From Eledone cirrhosa (lineage: Eukaryota), in the NCBI GenBank assembly GCA_964016885.1, contig OZ024740.1, forward strand, positions 406,162,001 to 406,226,000: 64,000 nt of DNA, read 5' to 3'. Positions 40,787-53,970 of the stretch are shown one piece after another (the first letter of the stretch is position 1; each line of letters starts with the position of its first letter). Both the position numbers and the translations under genes were made by a program. The notes under the pieces are model-generated. The model had not been told where the DNA came from. It ran no database searches and worked only from the letters and a program-made list of their open reading frames with translations.

Positions 40787-41150
40787 TCCTCTATGAGGTC
40801 ACTAAACCTACTAGAAACAGCAGCTAACTCTCCCCCATATTACACCCCTCCCTAATGTCTTAAATTTAGAAAACATATCTTCTATGAGGTCACTAAACCT
40901 GCTAGAAACAGCAGCTAACTCTCCCCCATATCACACCACTCCCTACTGTCTTAAATTTATAAAACACATATCCTCTATGAGGTTACTAAACCTGCTAGAA
41001 ACAGCAGCTAAATCTCCCCCATATCACACCACTCCCTACTGTCTTAAATTTAGAAAACACATCCTCTATGAGGTCACTAAACCTGCTAGAAACAACAGCT
41101 AACTCTCCCTCATATCACAACCCTCCCTACTGTCTTAAATTTAGAAAACA
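40787..41150 (+). repeat. 91-93-bp tandem repeat x4
   Basis: CTATGAGG recurs at 40791, 40882, 40975 and 41066; unit homologous to a dispersed repeat at ~3730, ~28708 and ~55480. Confidence 0.92.
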
Positions 41151-41159
41151 CACAGACAA

Positions 41160-41439
41160 CCATGCAGAACAACTCCATCGCAGTTCTGTTGTTCGGCTGG
41201 TATCGTCTACGCGCGTGTTGCGCAAGTACTGTGAAACAATAAATTTCAACACTTTTTTGCACAGAGATAATATCCATAGGCGAAACTACAATTGTCACTG
41301 CTGGCGCAGCTCCTGCTTCCAGGTCTGAAATTCATTCACCCAGTGCCTGGCAGACAAAAAAGTGCTGCTATAAAATGGGTGGTGCAACCTAACTTTGGTA
41401 ACTTAATGACCCCGAGCAACGCCGGGCTTTAATGCTAGT
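41160..41439 (+). mobile_element. Helitron-like 3' end
   Basis: CCCCGAGCAACGCCGGG hairpin followed by TGCTAGT; CpG-rich upstream; 5' boundary uncertain. Confidence 0.55.
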
Positions 41440-42867
41440 ACTTTAATAAAATATTCTTAGAATAAGGAAATAACTGTACAAAAGTTCCATTCAATTTATC
41501 AATTGCCATATATACTCGTGTATAACTTGCACCCCCAGTTTATATACTATATTTACAATGTATCATATATTTTGAATTAAGGTTTGGCAGGTTCAGTGGA
41601 TAAGTTGCATGCTGATTTTTCATGTATTTTTGTTGGAAAATATGTGTATTTACAATATATAAGAGGTTTAACTTTTAATTCTAAATATAATAAAGTTCAA
41701 GAGGGTAAAACAACAACTATAATTTTATTCAGATATCCACAACATATGACCATCTATTTTTTCACTTTTTTATGTAATTCAGAAAGAAAGTTTTAACAAA
41801 ATATTTCTTCATTTTCTATTGAAGAATTTAGATTACAGATTGATTTTGAAAATAATCATTGAATTTTGTTTGTAGATGTATTTAAAAACTATCAGCTCTC
41901 AGAGATTTCAAAATAGACATTTATGAGATATTTTATTATAAAACTATATTTTTTAACTATAATCTCTAATTTTCTTTCACCTTCAGTATTTAATTGCTAA
42001 CTTGTTTTTAATTCTTAATGTATGAAGTACCAAATTTCATATAAACATCTTAAAATTTATCATAGTGTATTTAATTACAGCTAACATTCTTTTTAAATGT
42101 TATTACTATCTCTATGGGAAACACAAATTGGAATGTTACGTCATATATCTCTAAATAATAACCCTTGTTGATGAATGACATAGTTAAATGTAACTAAACA
42201 CAAGCTATGAGAGGTATCTTGATTGTTCTAGTTGCAAACCTCTATCCCCATAAATTCTTTGCTAAGCAGCTAAAAGGTTAAACATTCAACTAAAACAATA
42301 CACTAAAGTTTAAATCACCGAATTACTCCCTACTTAAACTGCTGTAAGGAAACACTTGTGAGATTTGGTAAGTCATTAACATATGGCTCTGATCACACAC
42401 AACTTTTTGTTAGTGTGTAAAATAAAAATATTTTCTAAATTTAAAGTTATCACATTCTATTTTTATTCAGTTTGAACATAGTTGGACAATTATTAAAAGT
42501 TCAAATATAATGTTTAATTTCACAAGAACATCTGGAAGGGGTGGTGGCTTCACTGATATATGAAATGAGGTGATTAAAAGTACATATACATTATTTACAG
42601 ATCGTATCAAGATATATACATATATATATGGTTAATAACAAAACTCAATGGTAAATTAAATTGCTATGTGAGAAACAAACATTTTTGAATAAATCTTCTT
42701 GTGAAAAATGGCAATATCTGCTAAAAGAATCAATGTTTTTTCTTGATATAAAGAAGTGTGTAATGATGAAATAATATCATATATTAAAAGCCAGATCATA
42801 AAACATAAAAACTAGATTTAAATTATATAACATCTTTTATAAAAGCTGGGTTCAGAAAATTTTCAAA

Positions 42868-43046
42868 TGTTTCTACTTTTGGCACAAGGCCAGGAATTAC
42901 CCAGTATATTACTGGTACTTTATCTTCTCGACCCTGTAAGAATGAAAGGCAAAGTTAACCATGGCGGAATTTGAACTCAGACTGTAAAGGGACATAACAA
43001 TGCTGGAAAGCATGGCGTCCGACCCTCTACCGATATTGCCAATCCA
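42868..43046 (-). mobile_element. SINE family A
   Basis: Matches family A consensus. Confidence 0.85.
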
Positions 43047-43576
43047 TGAATAAGTTAGAAAATAATTTCCAAAGAAAATCCACAAATCTTGTTCAACATC
43101 TAGCCAATCTAATACCATAAAGACAAAAAAGTAGACATTTTAAATGACAATCAGCAAGAGTTCTTGTTATACATCATTTAAATAGGTTATTAATAAGCTC
43201 CTTTAGTTTCACAACTGAAAAATATTATACATGAAGTAAACAATATAAGTTGTTGAAAGGGCAATCTGATATAACATGACTATTCCATAAAGGTGTATCC
43301 CACTACAAGCTTTGTATTAAATATATGATTATGACAAATAACTCCACTTTCTTAAACGTTCATACTTATTTAAGAATTTATTACTAACATAAAATGGAAA
43401 AAGCAGACAGACATGGTAGAGTAATGGACTAAGTAACATCTAGTATTTAGTTTCACCAACCTGAAGTCTAAATTCAAATCCATCTAAAGTTTCTTTAGCC
43501 ACACTCAGCATATATGTAAAGTGAATTGAACCAGCTATATCCTTCCTTAGCAAACATGTGGCAATATGCCAATGTA

Positions 43577-43676
43577 AAAAATAATTATTAATTTCAAATA
43601 ATGATTTCTCATTCTTCAAATATAAAAATAATTATTAATTTCAAATAATGATTTCTCATTCTTCAAATATAAAAAT
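43577..43676 (+). repeat. 47-bp exact tandem duplication
   Basis: aaaaataattattaatttcaaataatgatttctcattcttcaaatat x2. Confidence 0.88.
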
Positions 43677-45560
43677 GTTAGGTAATTTAGAGTACAACTA
43701 TGAAGAGCATTATTGTGAAAATGAGTAAAATATTTGGTTTACATTATGAATTGAAATCAATTCATTTTCACTTGAATCACCTATGAGAAAAAAATATGGA
43801 CGTCATACAATCTCATTCATTATATATCTTCAGCTTATAATTCATTAAGAAAGCAATATTTACTGTCAAGAACATATAAAACATACTAAAACACTTTTTT
43901 AGACTATATGTAGTTTACTTTGTATTTATTTAATGACAGGGAAATCAAGTTAAGCACTGGACCTATAGAGCTTTGGGATTTAAAGCACTTAGTGTGAGAA
44001 AGCAGTAGAAATCCCTAAAAGTAGATAAATAAATAGAAGATGAAGAAAATGATTCAAATAGAAAAAAAAGGTTAAAAAACCTAATATCAGAAAATGAAGT
44101 AATACTATTTTGGTGAAGAAATAAAATTAAACTCTAATATTTTACTGCAAAATATATTTCAAAAGGCAGCAAATTGGCAGAACCATTAGAATGTCAGATA
44201 GAATGCCTAGCAGTATTTATTCCAGTTGTCTGAGTTCAAAACTCATTGAGGTCAACTATGCTTATTGTCACACATTCTGTGAATAATGGATATAAAAACA
44301 GTGATGATGATGAAAGAAGGAGGCACAGAGATGAAGAACAAAGTCATTGAGGAGGTCACAGAATGTGTGACAAAAGAACTTTGATGAACTGACTAATAAC
44401 TAATAATAAAGGTGAAAAGAAAATCGAATAAAGCAAGTGTTTCTATTGGCAAAATTGGTAACATGACCATCCCCAAGCAATATATATATACATGGCATCC
44501 AGCCATAGAAAACCTGCCAAACAAAGGGTTGAGAGAACTCTTCCATTATGTCAAAGGCATGAAAACCTCTCTAGTGTTAGTGATATACATGATAAATGCA
44601 CCCAGTGCACTCAGCTGCTTCAGAGACATGACAACTTCCCTAGTGTTGGTGCCACAACACAATGCACTTGGTAGAGCAAAAGAAAGTATATAAGTGTACA
44701 ATACTGCATCAAAAAAAGTCTCATTCATCCCATGCTAACATGGAGAAGAGCATGTACAAATGATGATGTTGAGTTTATATTGCACATAGTTTTGATATGT
44801 AATTTCTTGAATCTAAAATATGATTAACAATCAGGTTATAATTTTGAAAACTAAATTTGAGAAGAAAACAATACTATTTGGTAGGAACAATGCAAAATAG
44901 AAATAGAATCATTGAAAACAATATAGAACTAGATTAATTTCTTGGAACAATTAATAAGGAATAATCTACTACTTACTATATAGTTTTAAATAAGAATGGT
45001 CAAATTTCTATATAGTTATCTATTGTTCCAGTTATTATAGAAGGGAATTTATAAGTAATTTAAATTAAACCAACACAAATCTCTCTATTGTTTTTTTTTT
45101 TAACATTTGCAGGTGATTTAATATTGACAGTATGATTTATGATTTTTGAAATGAGAGGAAAAAAATGATTTGAGAAAGAAAATGTTACGTATTCCCAAAC
45201 AAAATATTTATTAGTCAATACATACATGCAACCAACATAAACACAGAATGAACATATAAACATGAACGAACAAACACACACACACATATGCACATACACA
45301 CTTTGCAATTATGATATAGGCAGGTTTAATATTTCATAATTATATTGTTTCCTCTCATAGTTTTGCTCATTGTTTTCTCTTTTCAAATGCTCAAGTTTAG
45401 CATTGTTCTGGAGTAAATCTAAACTATATAGCCATTATGGCATTTTTAAACCTTCAACTTTACTGTTTTATAAAAGTTTAAGCAAATCAAATATAAGGAT
45501 TATAAGAAGCAAAAATATATTTTTAAAAATAGTAATAATAAATAATGCATGCATAGTAAT

Positions 45561-47145
45561 CTTCTCTTCACCACCCACTTATTCCTGAGAGGATCGTGGG
45601 GGCAGAATCTTCAAGCACTCCTTCCAGTGGGTCCTTTCCATTTGAAGCAACCATCTCCAATTGATCCACCTGGATCCTCAAACAAGACCAGCCGGGCTCA
45701 TGAATGTTATTCAACCATCATGCTCAGGGTCACTCCTGGGTCTCCTGCTGGTTGGGTTTGCCTGTAAAATCTGTCCAGCAATCCTTTCCTGAAACATTCT
45801 AATCACATACCCATATCTGAGCTGTGGTCTCTCAATTCGGAGAAGTAGTGGCTCTATCTCGAGTGACTCTCTGATCTCTGAGCTATACGTTCTATTGAGT
45901 AACATTACTCAAAATACTCTTTGGAGGAACCCCCATTTCGGCCACTTATATTCAAGATTCATGACCATAGGTAAGGGTTGGCACAAATACCTAATAGAAG
46001 ATAGTGAGTTTGACTTTTACATCTACCTCACTTTTTCTGATTACCAAATGCTGGAGCTGACACATTACTGACCCAGCTCCTGCAATTCTTGCACTTAATT
46101 CAGCCTCCTGCCTTCTATCACTCATGAATACAGCTCCAAAATACTTGAACTTCTCCACCTGCTTCAATCGAACTCCAGTCACATGTAGAGTGCACTGCGC
46201 AGCCTTCCTTGAGAAGACGATGTCTCAGTCTTCGTAGCAATGATTTTCATTCCAGCCTTACAGCACTTCGCATCAAACCTATCAAGTGCAAGTCAAAAAT
46301 CACCTTATGATGGCTGATCCTACACCTGCCAGTCATGATATTATTTCCCTCCCGGCTGCACATATCAATCTTCTTCATGAAGTTTATGAACAGGAGAGGT
46401 GACAGTACTCACCTTTGGCAGAGTTCGACTCCTATATTGATTGGTTTTGATTTAGCATCATTTATCCTAACATAAATACTCAGGCATTCATATAGAGACA
46501 CCAGGGCAACAAGAAGCTGTCCATTGATCTCATACTCCTGCAGAACCTTCCACAGCAGGTCCCGTGGAATGTGGTCGTATGCCTTTTCAAAGTCTACAAA
46601 GGAAGCATACACCTCTTGGCAGTACTTCCACGATTTCTCAAAGACCTACCACAGTGAATATTTTGGTTGGCTGTCCAAGCGAAAACCAGACAGTTCATCA
46701 GCTAGCTTAGACTTGACAATCGCCCTACATCTCTTTGCCAGACATTTAGAATAGACTTTACCAGAGAGACTTAACATTGAGGTTCCTCTATAATAGGAGC
46801 AATCTCACTTGTCTCCCTTTTTGAAAATTAGGATTATCACTTCCGATCGCCATTGCTTATGTGCCTTTCCAGAAATCCAGGCTACCCAGCACATATGTGT
46901 CAGCCAGAGAATATCCTCTCTATTAAAGGCTTTTAACAACAACCTTGCCGGATTTAAGCTCTTTAATTGCTCTTTTGATCTCAGCCTCTGAGAGATTAGT
47001 CATCGTTTCGAGATGCACCTCATAAACATCAGAAGATGCTGTGTAATTGGGTTTCGGAGATCAACAAAGTATTTTCTCCACCTCTTCTGTGAAGAGGGGA
47101 GAAACCCTGAGGCATCCCTGATAGCAGGTTTTGAGGAGGACTTCT
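45561..47145 (-). mobile_element. decayed RTE-like LINE, second family
   Basis: Minus ORF pieces RWRKYFVDL, YASFVDFEKAYDHIPRDLLWKVLQEY, LKQVEKFKYFGAVF, EPLLLRIERPQLRYGYVIRM..RRPR; frameshifted. Confidence 0.88.
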
Positions 47146-47151
47146 TATTTT

Positions 47152-47201
<50 letters not shown>

Positions 47202-47303
47202 AATGTCCTTTTAAAACCAATTGAAACTTGACTAAGGATAAAATGATAATCAATCAGTTAGTTAATGAATGTAAAGTAAAAACAGCCACAACACAATACT
47301 TAC

Positions 47304-47638
47304 GAGGCAGGATTTCCTCAGGTGGGTAATTATATTCATATCGAAATTTTTCCCGCACATTAATGCGAGTGACTGTAGTTTGTGTAAAGTAGGTAATATT
47401 TTCATGGCCAAACATGTTGGCGACTCCAAAATTGTCAATGAGCAATTGCATAATCCGAATAGCTAGCTCCACTTTCTCCGGATCATCAGCACAGGTTAAG
47501 AACATGCTTCCAGCAACACTCCGAGCTAATGTCTCCACTGTCATGGAATTGACATCGGAGTGATTGACAATAAGAAACCATATTCCGAAGAGCAGAGAAA
47601 CAAGTTGACGATGACTAAGAGTAAGGGACTGGATAAAC
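47304..47638 (-). CDS. RhoGAP-domain gene, exon D (end of GAP domain)
   Basis: tctttaaag acceptor, CTC|gtaagt donor; 335 nt, phase 2 to 1; FIQSLTLSHRQLVSLLFGIWFLIVNHSDVNSMTVETLARSVAGSMF...IMQLLIDNF...YPPEEILP; N.M...LA and LI.NF RhoGAP motifs; overlaps ORF 47254..47544. Confidence 0.92.
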
Positions 47639-47765
47639 CTTTAAAGACAATAGGAATGGAGAATAATAATATGTTGTAAACAGATATAAAAATAAAACAG
47701 CTGTAAATTTAGTAAATACATTATTATTAGGAATAACATTTTACTAGTGAACCACATTATCACGA

Positions 47766-47945
47766 TTGTTTCTACTTTTGGCACAAGGCCAGCAGTTACC
47801 CAGTGCATTACTGGTACTTTATTTTATTGACCCCGTAAGGATGAAGGGCAAAGTTAACCTTGGCGGAATTTGAACTCAGACCGTAAAGGGCCGTAACTAT
47901 ACACTGTATAGCATGGCGTCCGACTATCTACCGATACTGCCAATC
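47766..47945 (-). mobile_element. SINE family A
   Basis: Matches family A; about 130 bp upstream of the exon D acceptor. Confidence 0.85.
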
Positions 47946-48069
47946 ATAATGTCAATAAGACAGATTTAATCAGCTACATATTATTTAAACTGTGGGTCCT
48001 AATTCTGTTTGAGTGTTCCTGAAACTTAGCAAAAACTGTGTGTATTCTGTGTGTATCAAGTTTAAAATA

Positions 48070-48700
48070 GGTACATTGTATCCTTGTGTGTTGTAAGCGG
48101 TGACTTTTCTATGCTTGCAAGTATTTCATGGGTCTCGCTACTTGTTTTGTCATCTCCTTTTGTGATATTCAACTTCTTGAGATCAGCATTTGCCAGTTTT
48201 GTACACACCTTCTTTAATATTCTTGTATGACTTCTTTCCACTTGGAACTCCTGACACTTCTTGACATCCAACTGTCATCATTCATACATATATGTCCATC
48301 CAGCATAGTCTTTTTTCTTGCATGTAACTTCTGATTCCTCTTACACACAGTTTTTTTGTTCCACTCAACTCATCTATGCTTCACCATTCATGCATACTAA
48401 CATTATATATCCCGCAGAGTGCACTTGCTTCATTTCTTTCCCCTTTTTGTATGTCCACTGCAATCAATGCCATGTCTTGTTACCATGCAACATTATATTA
48501 CATGTAATGCACTGGGTAATTGCTGGCCTTGTGCCTAAAGTAGAAACAATTATATTACATACACAAGTGTCATACAAACTACTGTTTGCTCAGAAAGAGA
48601 ATTCTTTTCTTGCCAACATAAGTAATAGCTCCCTGAACTTTTCCCACCTGGTTCTTATTTGAGCTACTATGCTTTCATAGCACCCAATTATCTTAAACAG
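48070..48700 (-). mobile_element. decayed RTE fragment interrupted by a 45-bp SINE A tail (48504-48548, + strand)
   Basis: VKKCQEFQVE..ADLKKL RTE remnant; SINE tail flanked by 12-bp TSD ATTATATTACAT at 48492-48503 and 48549-48560. Confidence 0.75.
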
Positions 48701-48748
48701 ATAAGTGTTAAAATTTATACAATTGAAATATCACAATAAATTACTTAC

Positions 48749-48858
48749 TGATTAACGTGCCGACACTGATCTGAATATTCAGACATGTTAAGAACTTCAA
48801 GCAACTTTTCTTCTCCACTTGGTGTAAAAATACCACCTGGTAATTTTAATAAAAATTT
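48749..48858 (-). CDS. RhoGAP-domain gene, exon C
   Basis: ttgcttgcag acceptor, TCA|gtaagt donor; 110 nt, phase 0 to 2; KFLLKLPGGIFTPSGEEKLLEVLNMSEYSDQCRHVN(Q), continuing the K.FL..LP motif. Confidence 0.92.
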
Positions 48859-49267
48859 CTGCAAGCAACAAAGAGAAATAATTTCATAAAGAAACCATTT
48901 GGAGATAATAATTTTGATATTAAATTCTATTAGATAACACAATAACATATATCATCATTAACATCATTTTATATCTACTTTCCATGTTGGTATGGATTAG
49001 CTGGATTGATATGCTCAGAGTCAGATCTTATTTGAAGTCATTACCCTCCCCTAGATGGGCTACATGATTATGTCTTGTTCATACCTTCGAATATTTGGCG
49101 TGGTTTCTACAGTTCAATGACCTTTCTAACAGCAACTACTTTACAGAAAGTACTAGATGGCACCAGCATTAGATGGGTTACCTTTTTTCCTCCATGTCAA
49201 AAGAGTCCTTTTTACTAAATGCCATCTTTGTTCTTCCACAAACACTCACACAAATATATGTATATAT

Positions 49268-49706
49268 AGAGTAGAACCTCAGTGCCCCATTGTACGAGTA
49301 ATTTGCTGTATGAGCCAAGGCCTGTGTACAGTTTTGTCTTGTAGTACAAGTGGAAATCCGCAGTACAGCCGAATTTCATGCAACCAATCACTAGTCGGTG
49401 CTAAGCTTGCGTACGCTCTCCCAACAAGCGAAGCCACCGCTCACCAGTTCGCGTGTTTATCATGTTGTGGCAGCATCCCTATTGTGTTTTTCCAGTGTTT
49501 CTTTTTACTTTTGTGCGTTTTTTGCTATTATTTTATAATAATTAGTGGAAGAAAACCCATAAAAAATTATTTGGGTTGGTTTTGGGGAGCTGGATTATTG
49601 ATATTTTAATTCATTTCAATGGAGAAAATTGATTTGTAAAACGAGTAAATCGTAAAACGAGCTCAGTCATGGAATGAATTAAACTTGTACTGCAAGGTAT
49701 CACTGT
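49268..49706. mobile_element. Tigger/pogo-like MITE
   Basis: ta-gagtagaacctc ... caaggtatcactg-ta ends; CpG-rich; subterminal acgag repeats. Confidence 0.55.
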
Positions 49707-49731
49707 ATATATGTGTGTGTGTGTGTATATA

Positions 49732-50125
49732 CGAGGGTAATCCCAAAAGTAAGGTCTCCAAAGCGATGGGGACACAGAGAAACTGTTCGTACGGCTGTTG
49801 GCAACACTGTTGTGATTGGTGCTTTCTTCACTCCCAAACAAGCATGCGCGTGCTTCGCTGGGATGCTCAATCTTGGCTTGGCAGCCGTTGAGAATGGAGC
49901 TCCTGTTGAACGCTACCGCCAAGTGCGAATATCGCGCAGTTATTATATACGAGGTCAATCCCAAAAGTAAGGTCTCCTTCCGAGGAAAACATGCGTAAAG
50001 ATCGGCGGATCACTCTGGATGCTCTCTGCATTTTGGTTCCTGGAGTTTCCCGAAGCACCATCCACAGGATTTTAATGGAAAAGTTGCAATATCGGAAGGA
50101 GACCTTACTTTTGGGATTGCCCTCG
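49732..50125 (+). mobile_element. mariner-derived non-autonomous element(s)
   Basis: TA|CGAGGGTAATCCCAAAAGTAAGGTCTCC, a second left TIR at 49950, right TIR GGAGACCTTACTTTTGGGATTGCCCTCG|TA; transposase relics KCEYRAVI and DRRITLDALCILVPGVSRSTIHRILMEKLQYRK. Confidence 0.85.
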
Positions 50126-50174
50126 TATATATATAGTATATTTAGCTAGGAGGGAAGTATATATATATATATAT

Positions 50175-52418
50175 AGTATACTTAGCTAGGAGGGAAGCAG
50201 AGAATAGAAATTCAAGCATGTTTTGCAACGTGAGGACCAGAAACAGGAGGTGTTCAAGATTGCGAGGCAGTCTGTCAGAGAGAATTGTGATGTCATTGGA
50301 GGGAAGTGTATCCGGAATGATAAAGGTGAGCTTGCCCTCACAAGTGCTGAGAAGAAAGATGCATGGAAGAGCCATTATGATAGATTACTAAATGAGGAGA
50401 ATGCATGGGAAGAAGAGACCCTACCCCAAGTAGACCCTATAGAGGGGCCAGCAGTACAAGTCAGCAGCAGCGTAGTAAGTAAAGCAATCAAAGATATGAA
50501 GATGGGGAAGGCAACCGGTCCATCGGGTATAGCTGCCGAGATGCTGAAGGCATCTGGGTCTGTAGGTCACACTATAACCACACGTATTGTTAATCAGGTA
50601 ATACTAGGTGTCATACCAAAAGATTGGTGCAGTAGCATCATTGTCAACTGCTACAAAGATAAAGGTGATGCACTCGATAGAGGAAACTATAGAGGTATAA
50701 AGCTGATGGACCAGGTCATGAAAGTAACAGAAAGAGTTATAGCACAGTTGATTAGGGACCGGGTGAAACTAGATGAGATGCAATTTGGGTTTGTACCAGG
50801 AAGAGGCACCACTGATACCCTCTTCCTTGTGAGGCAGTTACAAAAAAAGTACCTGGCTAAAAGTAAGCCACTCTACCTGGCATTCGTCAATCTCGAGAAA
50901 ACCTTTGACAGAGTTCCACGTGCTGTAATCTGGTGGGCTCTTAGAAAACTAGGAGTAGATGAATGGCTTGTGAAAGCTGTACAAGCCATGTATAGGGGGG
51001 CAGTCAGCAAAGTGAGGATTAGCAATGAGTATAGCGAGGAATTTAGCGTACAGGCTGGTGTCCACCAGGGCTCTGTTCTTAGCCCTCTCCTGTTCATCAT
51101 AGTCCTGCAGGAAATAACGGAGGAGTTTAAGACCGGATGCCCATGGAAACTCCTGTATGCAGATGACCTCGCACTTATAGCTGAATCTATGGTAGAACTA
51201 GAGAAGAAATTCCAAACTTGGAAGCAGGGATTAGAAAGAAAGGGTCTCAAAGTCAACATGACAAAGACTAAAGTGCTTGTAAGTAGATGAGAAAACAGAA
51301 CCAAGATCCCCCCAGGGAAATGGCCTTGCTCAGTATGTAGGAAAGGTGTAGGTAGGAACTCCATTCTCTGCCCCAAAAGCAACAATGGGTACACAATAGA
51401 TGTAGCGGGATCTCAGGAAGCTTAATTAAGAATGTAGGCTTCACAAGTACCACCAATCTCTGGGAGGGCTCTGTAGAAACAGTAGACAGTTTCTTCTACC
51501 TAGGTGATCGAATTAGCAGCGGAGGTGGGTGTTCAGAAAGTACAATAACTAGGGTAAGAACGGGATCAAAGAAGTTCAGGGAACTACTGCCACTGCTAGC
51601 TGCAAAAGGCTTCTCCATCAAAATGAAAGGCAGACTGTATGATGCGTGTATCCGAACAGCAATGTTACATGGTAGTGAGACCTGGGCGCTGAAGGTGGAA
51701 GACTTACGTAGATTAGAAAGAAACGAAGCCTGCATGCTCCGATGGATGTGTAATAGTAATATACGCGAACGGCAATAAATGAATTGAGAGAGAGACTGAG
51801 CATAAGAGGAATCAAATGCTGTGTGCAGGAGAGGCGGTTGCGTTGGTATGGACATGTGATGCGTATGAAGGATGACAGCTGCATAAAAAGGTGCAGAGCA
51901 CTAGAAGTCAATGGAAACCGCGGAGTGAGGAGACTCAAGAAGACCTGGGATGAGGCGATAAAAGCCGACCTTACCCAATTACACCTCTCAAAGGCGATGA
52001 CACACGACCGTGACCTCTGGCGTCACGCAGTAATACAGAGTACCCGACATCCCATGGGTACAAGCTGAAGCATATAGACAATATGCCCCACACCCTCCCA
52101 GTGCAAAGTGGTCGTGGAAGTGCCACGGCAAAAAAGTACCCAGCCCACACTGTAAAGTGGACGTGTAGGCGCCACAGAAAAAAGCACCCCGCACTCACTG
52201 TAAATCAGGTTGGTGTTAGGAATAGCTGGATAGCTGTAGAAATCAAGCCAAAATCAGTTCCTGTATGAGCAAGGCATGGTCAGCCGACCAGACACTGCCC
52301 ACAACAGGACAACCCGTCTAACCCATGCTAGCATGGGTTAGACGGGTTGTCCTGTTGTGGGCAGTGTCTGGTCGGCTGACCAAGAACGGATGTAAAACGG
52401 TGATGATGATGATGATGA
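50175..52418 (+). mobile_element. 5'-truncated RTE-clade LINE; reverse transcriptase pseudogene
   Basis: ORF 50223..51290 has GKATGPSG, NYRGIKL, QFGFVPGRGTTD, GVHQGSVLSPLLF and YADD; downstream stops and frameshifts; ERRLRWYGHVMR; 3' UTR and (GAT)n tail. Confidence 0.95.
52277..52382. repeat. perfect 106-bp palindrome inside the LINE 3' UTR
   Basis: 53-bp arms TGGTCAGCC...ACCCATGCT | AGCATGGGT...GGCTGACCA with no spacer. Confidence 0.93.
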
Positions 52419-52431
52419 TATATATATATTT

Positions 52432-53376
52432 ATATCATCATCATCATCATCATCATTTAAAGTCCATCTTCCACGCTTGCATGGGTTTGGACGGGAGTTT
52501 TCCCACTTGAGGCAAGATTTGTTGTCCTGCTCGTATAGGACTGTCTGGCGGGTTTTCTACGGCTGGATACCCTTCCCAACACCAACCACGTTACCTACTT
52601 GGCCACATTACAGCGTGGACTGTGTGTTTTTTTGTCGTGACACCTACACGACCTCATTTGTTTCAGACTGGATGTTGTGGTACCAACATAACTTCACATT
52701 TAAGGGGGTGGTGTGGATGGGGTGGGGGTAGTGAGACGGGGGGTGTATTTTGTTAGAGGTGCCTACTGACTGTAGGTTTCGATTTGTACTTAGGCAAGGC
52801 GGGTCTTCTGTATGACTGTGTAGCGCCAAAGGTCTCGGTCCAGTTACATTGTCTTGGAGAGGTGTAAGTGTGTGAGGTCGGAATTTATCAAGTCGTCCCA
52901 GGTTTTTCTGGGTCTGCCTACTCCGTGGCTACCGTCTATTTTTATCGCCCTGCACTTTTTTATACAGCTGTCGTCTTTCATGCGCATCACGTGACCGTAC
53001 CAACGACTTGATAAATTCCGACATCACACACTTACACCTCTCCAAGACAATGTCACTGGACCGAGCCCTTTGGCGCTACAGAGTAATAGAGAAGACCTGC
53101 CTTACCTAAGTACAAAGTGAAACCTAATACAGTCAGTAGGCACCTCTAACAAAATACACCCCCGTCCCACTACCCCCACCCCATCCACACCACCTCTTTC
53201 AATGTAAAGTTATGTTGGTACCACAACATCCAGCCCGAAACAAATGAGGTTGTGTAGGTGTCACAACAAAAAACACACAGTCCACGCTGTAATGTGGCCG
53301 TGTAGGTAACACGGTAAAAACCTCCCAGTTCCACACTGTAAATGTGGTTGGTGTTAGGAAGGGCATCCGGCCGTAA
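52432..53376. mobile_element. two RTE subfamily-2 3' ends in inverted, head-to-head arrangement (- 52432-53005; + 53004-53376)
   Basis: cggaatttatcaagtcg (~52879) mirrors cgacttgataaattccg (~53004); homology extends ~350 bp each way. Confidence 0.85.
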
Positions 53377-53637
53377 AAAATATATAATAACTGTACAACA
53401 GATAAGGTTAAATTGTTAAACAGAAATGTATCTTTCATTTGTCAATCAACTTTAATAATTGATTAAGTTATATGAGATACAACATGGACCACAAACTACT
53501 AGGTCATAGGTTCAACCCTTATTTAATCTTAGTATGCACATCAGTAAACTGTTTGCTTAAGTAAATGCAACATACCATAAGTTCCTATTTAGCAGTTGAA
53601 AAGGGGGGGGGGGTTCCAAATACAAACATAGTTTTGT

Positions 53638-53641
53638 AAAA

Positions 53642-53688
<47 letters not shown>
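53638..53688 (+). repeat. (AAAT)n microsatellite
   Basis: Direct reading. Confidence 0.9.
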
Positions 53689-53970
53689 AAAAAAATTATC
53701 AACTTAGATTAACCCCTTCATTGCCATATTTCTAATACACTGCATATGTGTTTTGAATAATCAACAATTTTGTAAATCTTTTCATTACAAAACTGGTGTT
53801 TGGAACATAACTCAAGAAAGATTCTTGTATAAAAAAAATGATGGAAAGTTTTAATTAAAAGTCATGACTTTATAATATGAAGTCTTGTATATAAAATCGT
53901 AAGTGGTCTCAAGTAGGTTGGTATTAATAAGAAAGAGAGAGAAAAAAAAGTAACATTTCTGAATACATAC

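Noticed and set aside
40884-41328. ORFs with repeated peptide (MRSLNLLETAANSPPYH...)
   Set aside because: Translation of the 92-bp tandem repeat; the period is not consistently a multiple of 3
50223-51290. 355-aa reverse transcriptase as a retron, DGR or domesticated gene
   Set aside because: Ordinary 5'-truncated RTE LINE with no endonuclease domain, downstream stops and frameshifts, and a LINE 3' tail
50873-51938. Minus-strand ORFs of 106-173 aa
   Set aside because: Antisense to the LINE RT region
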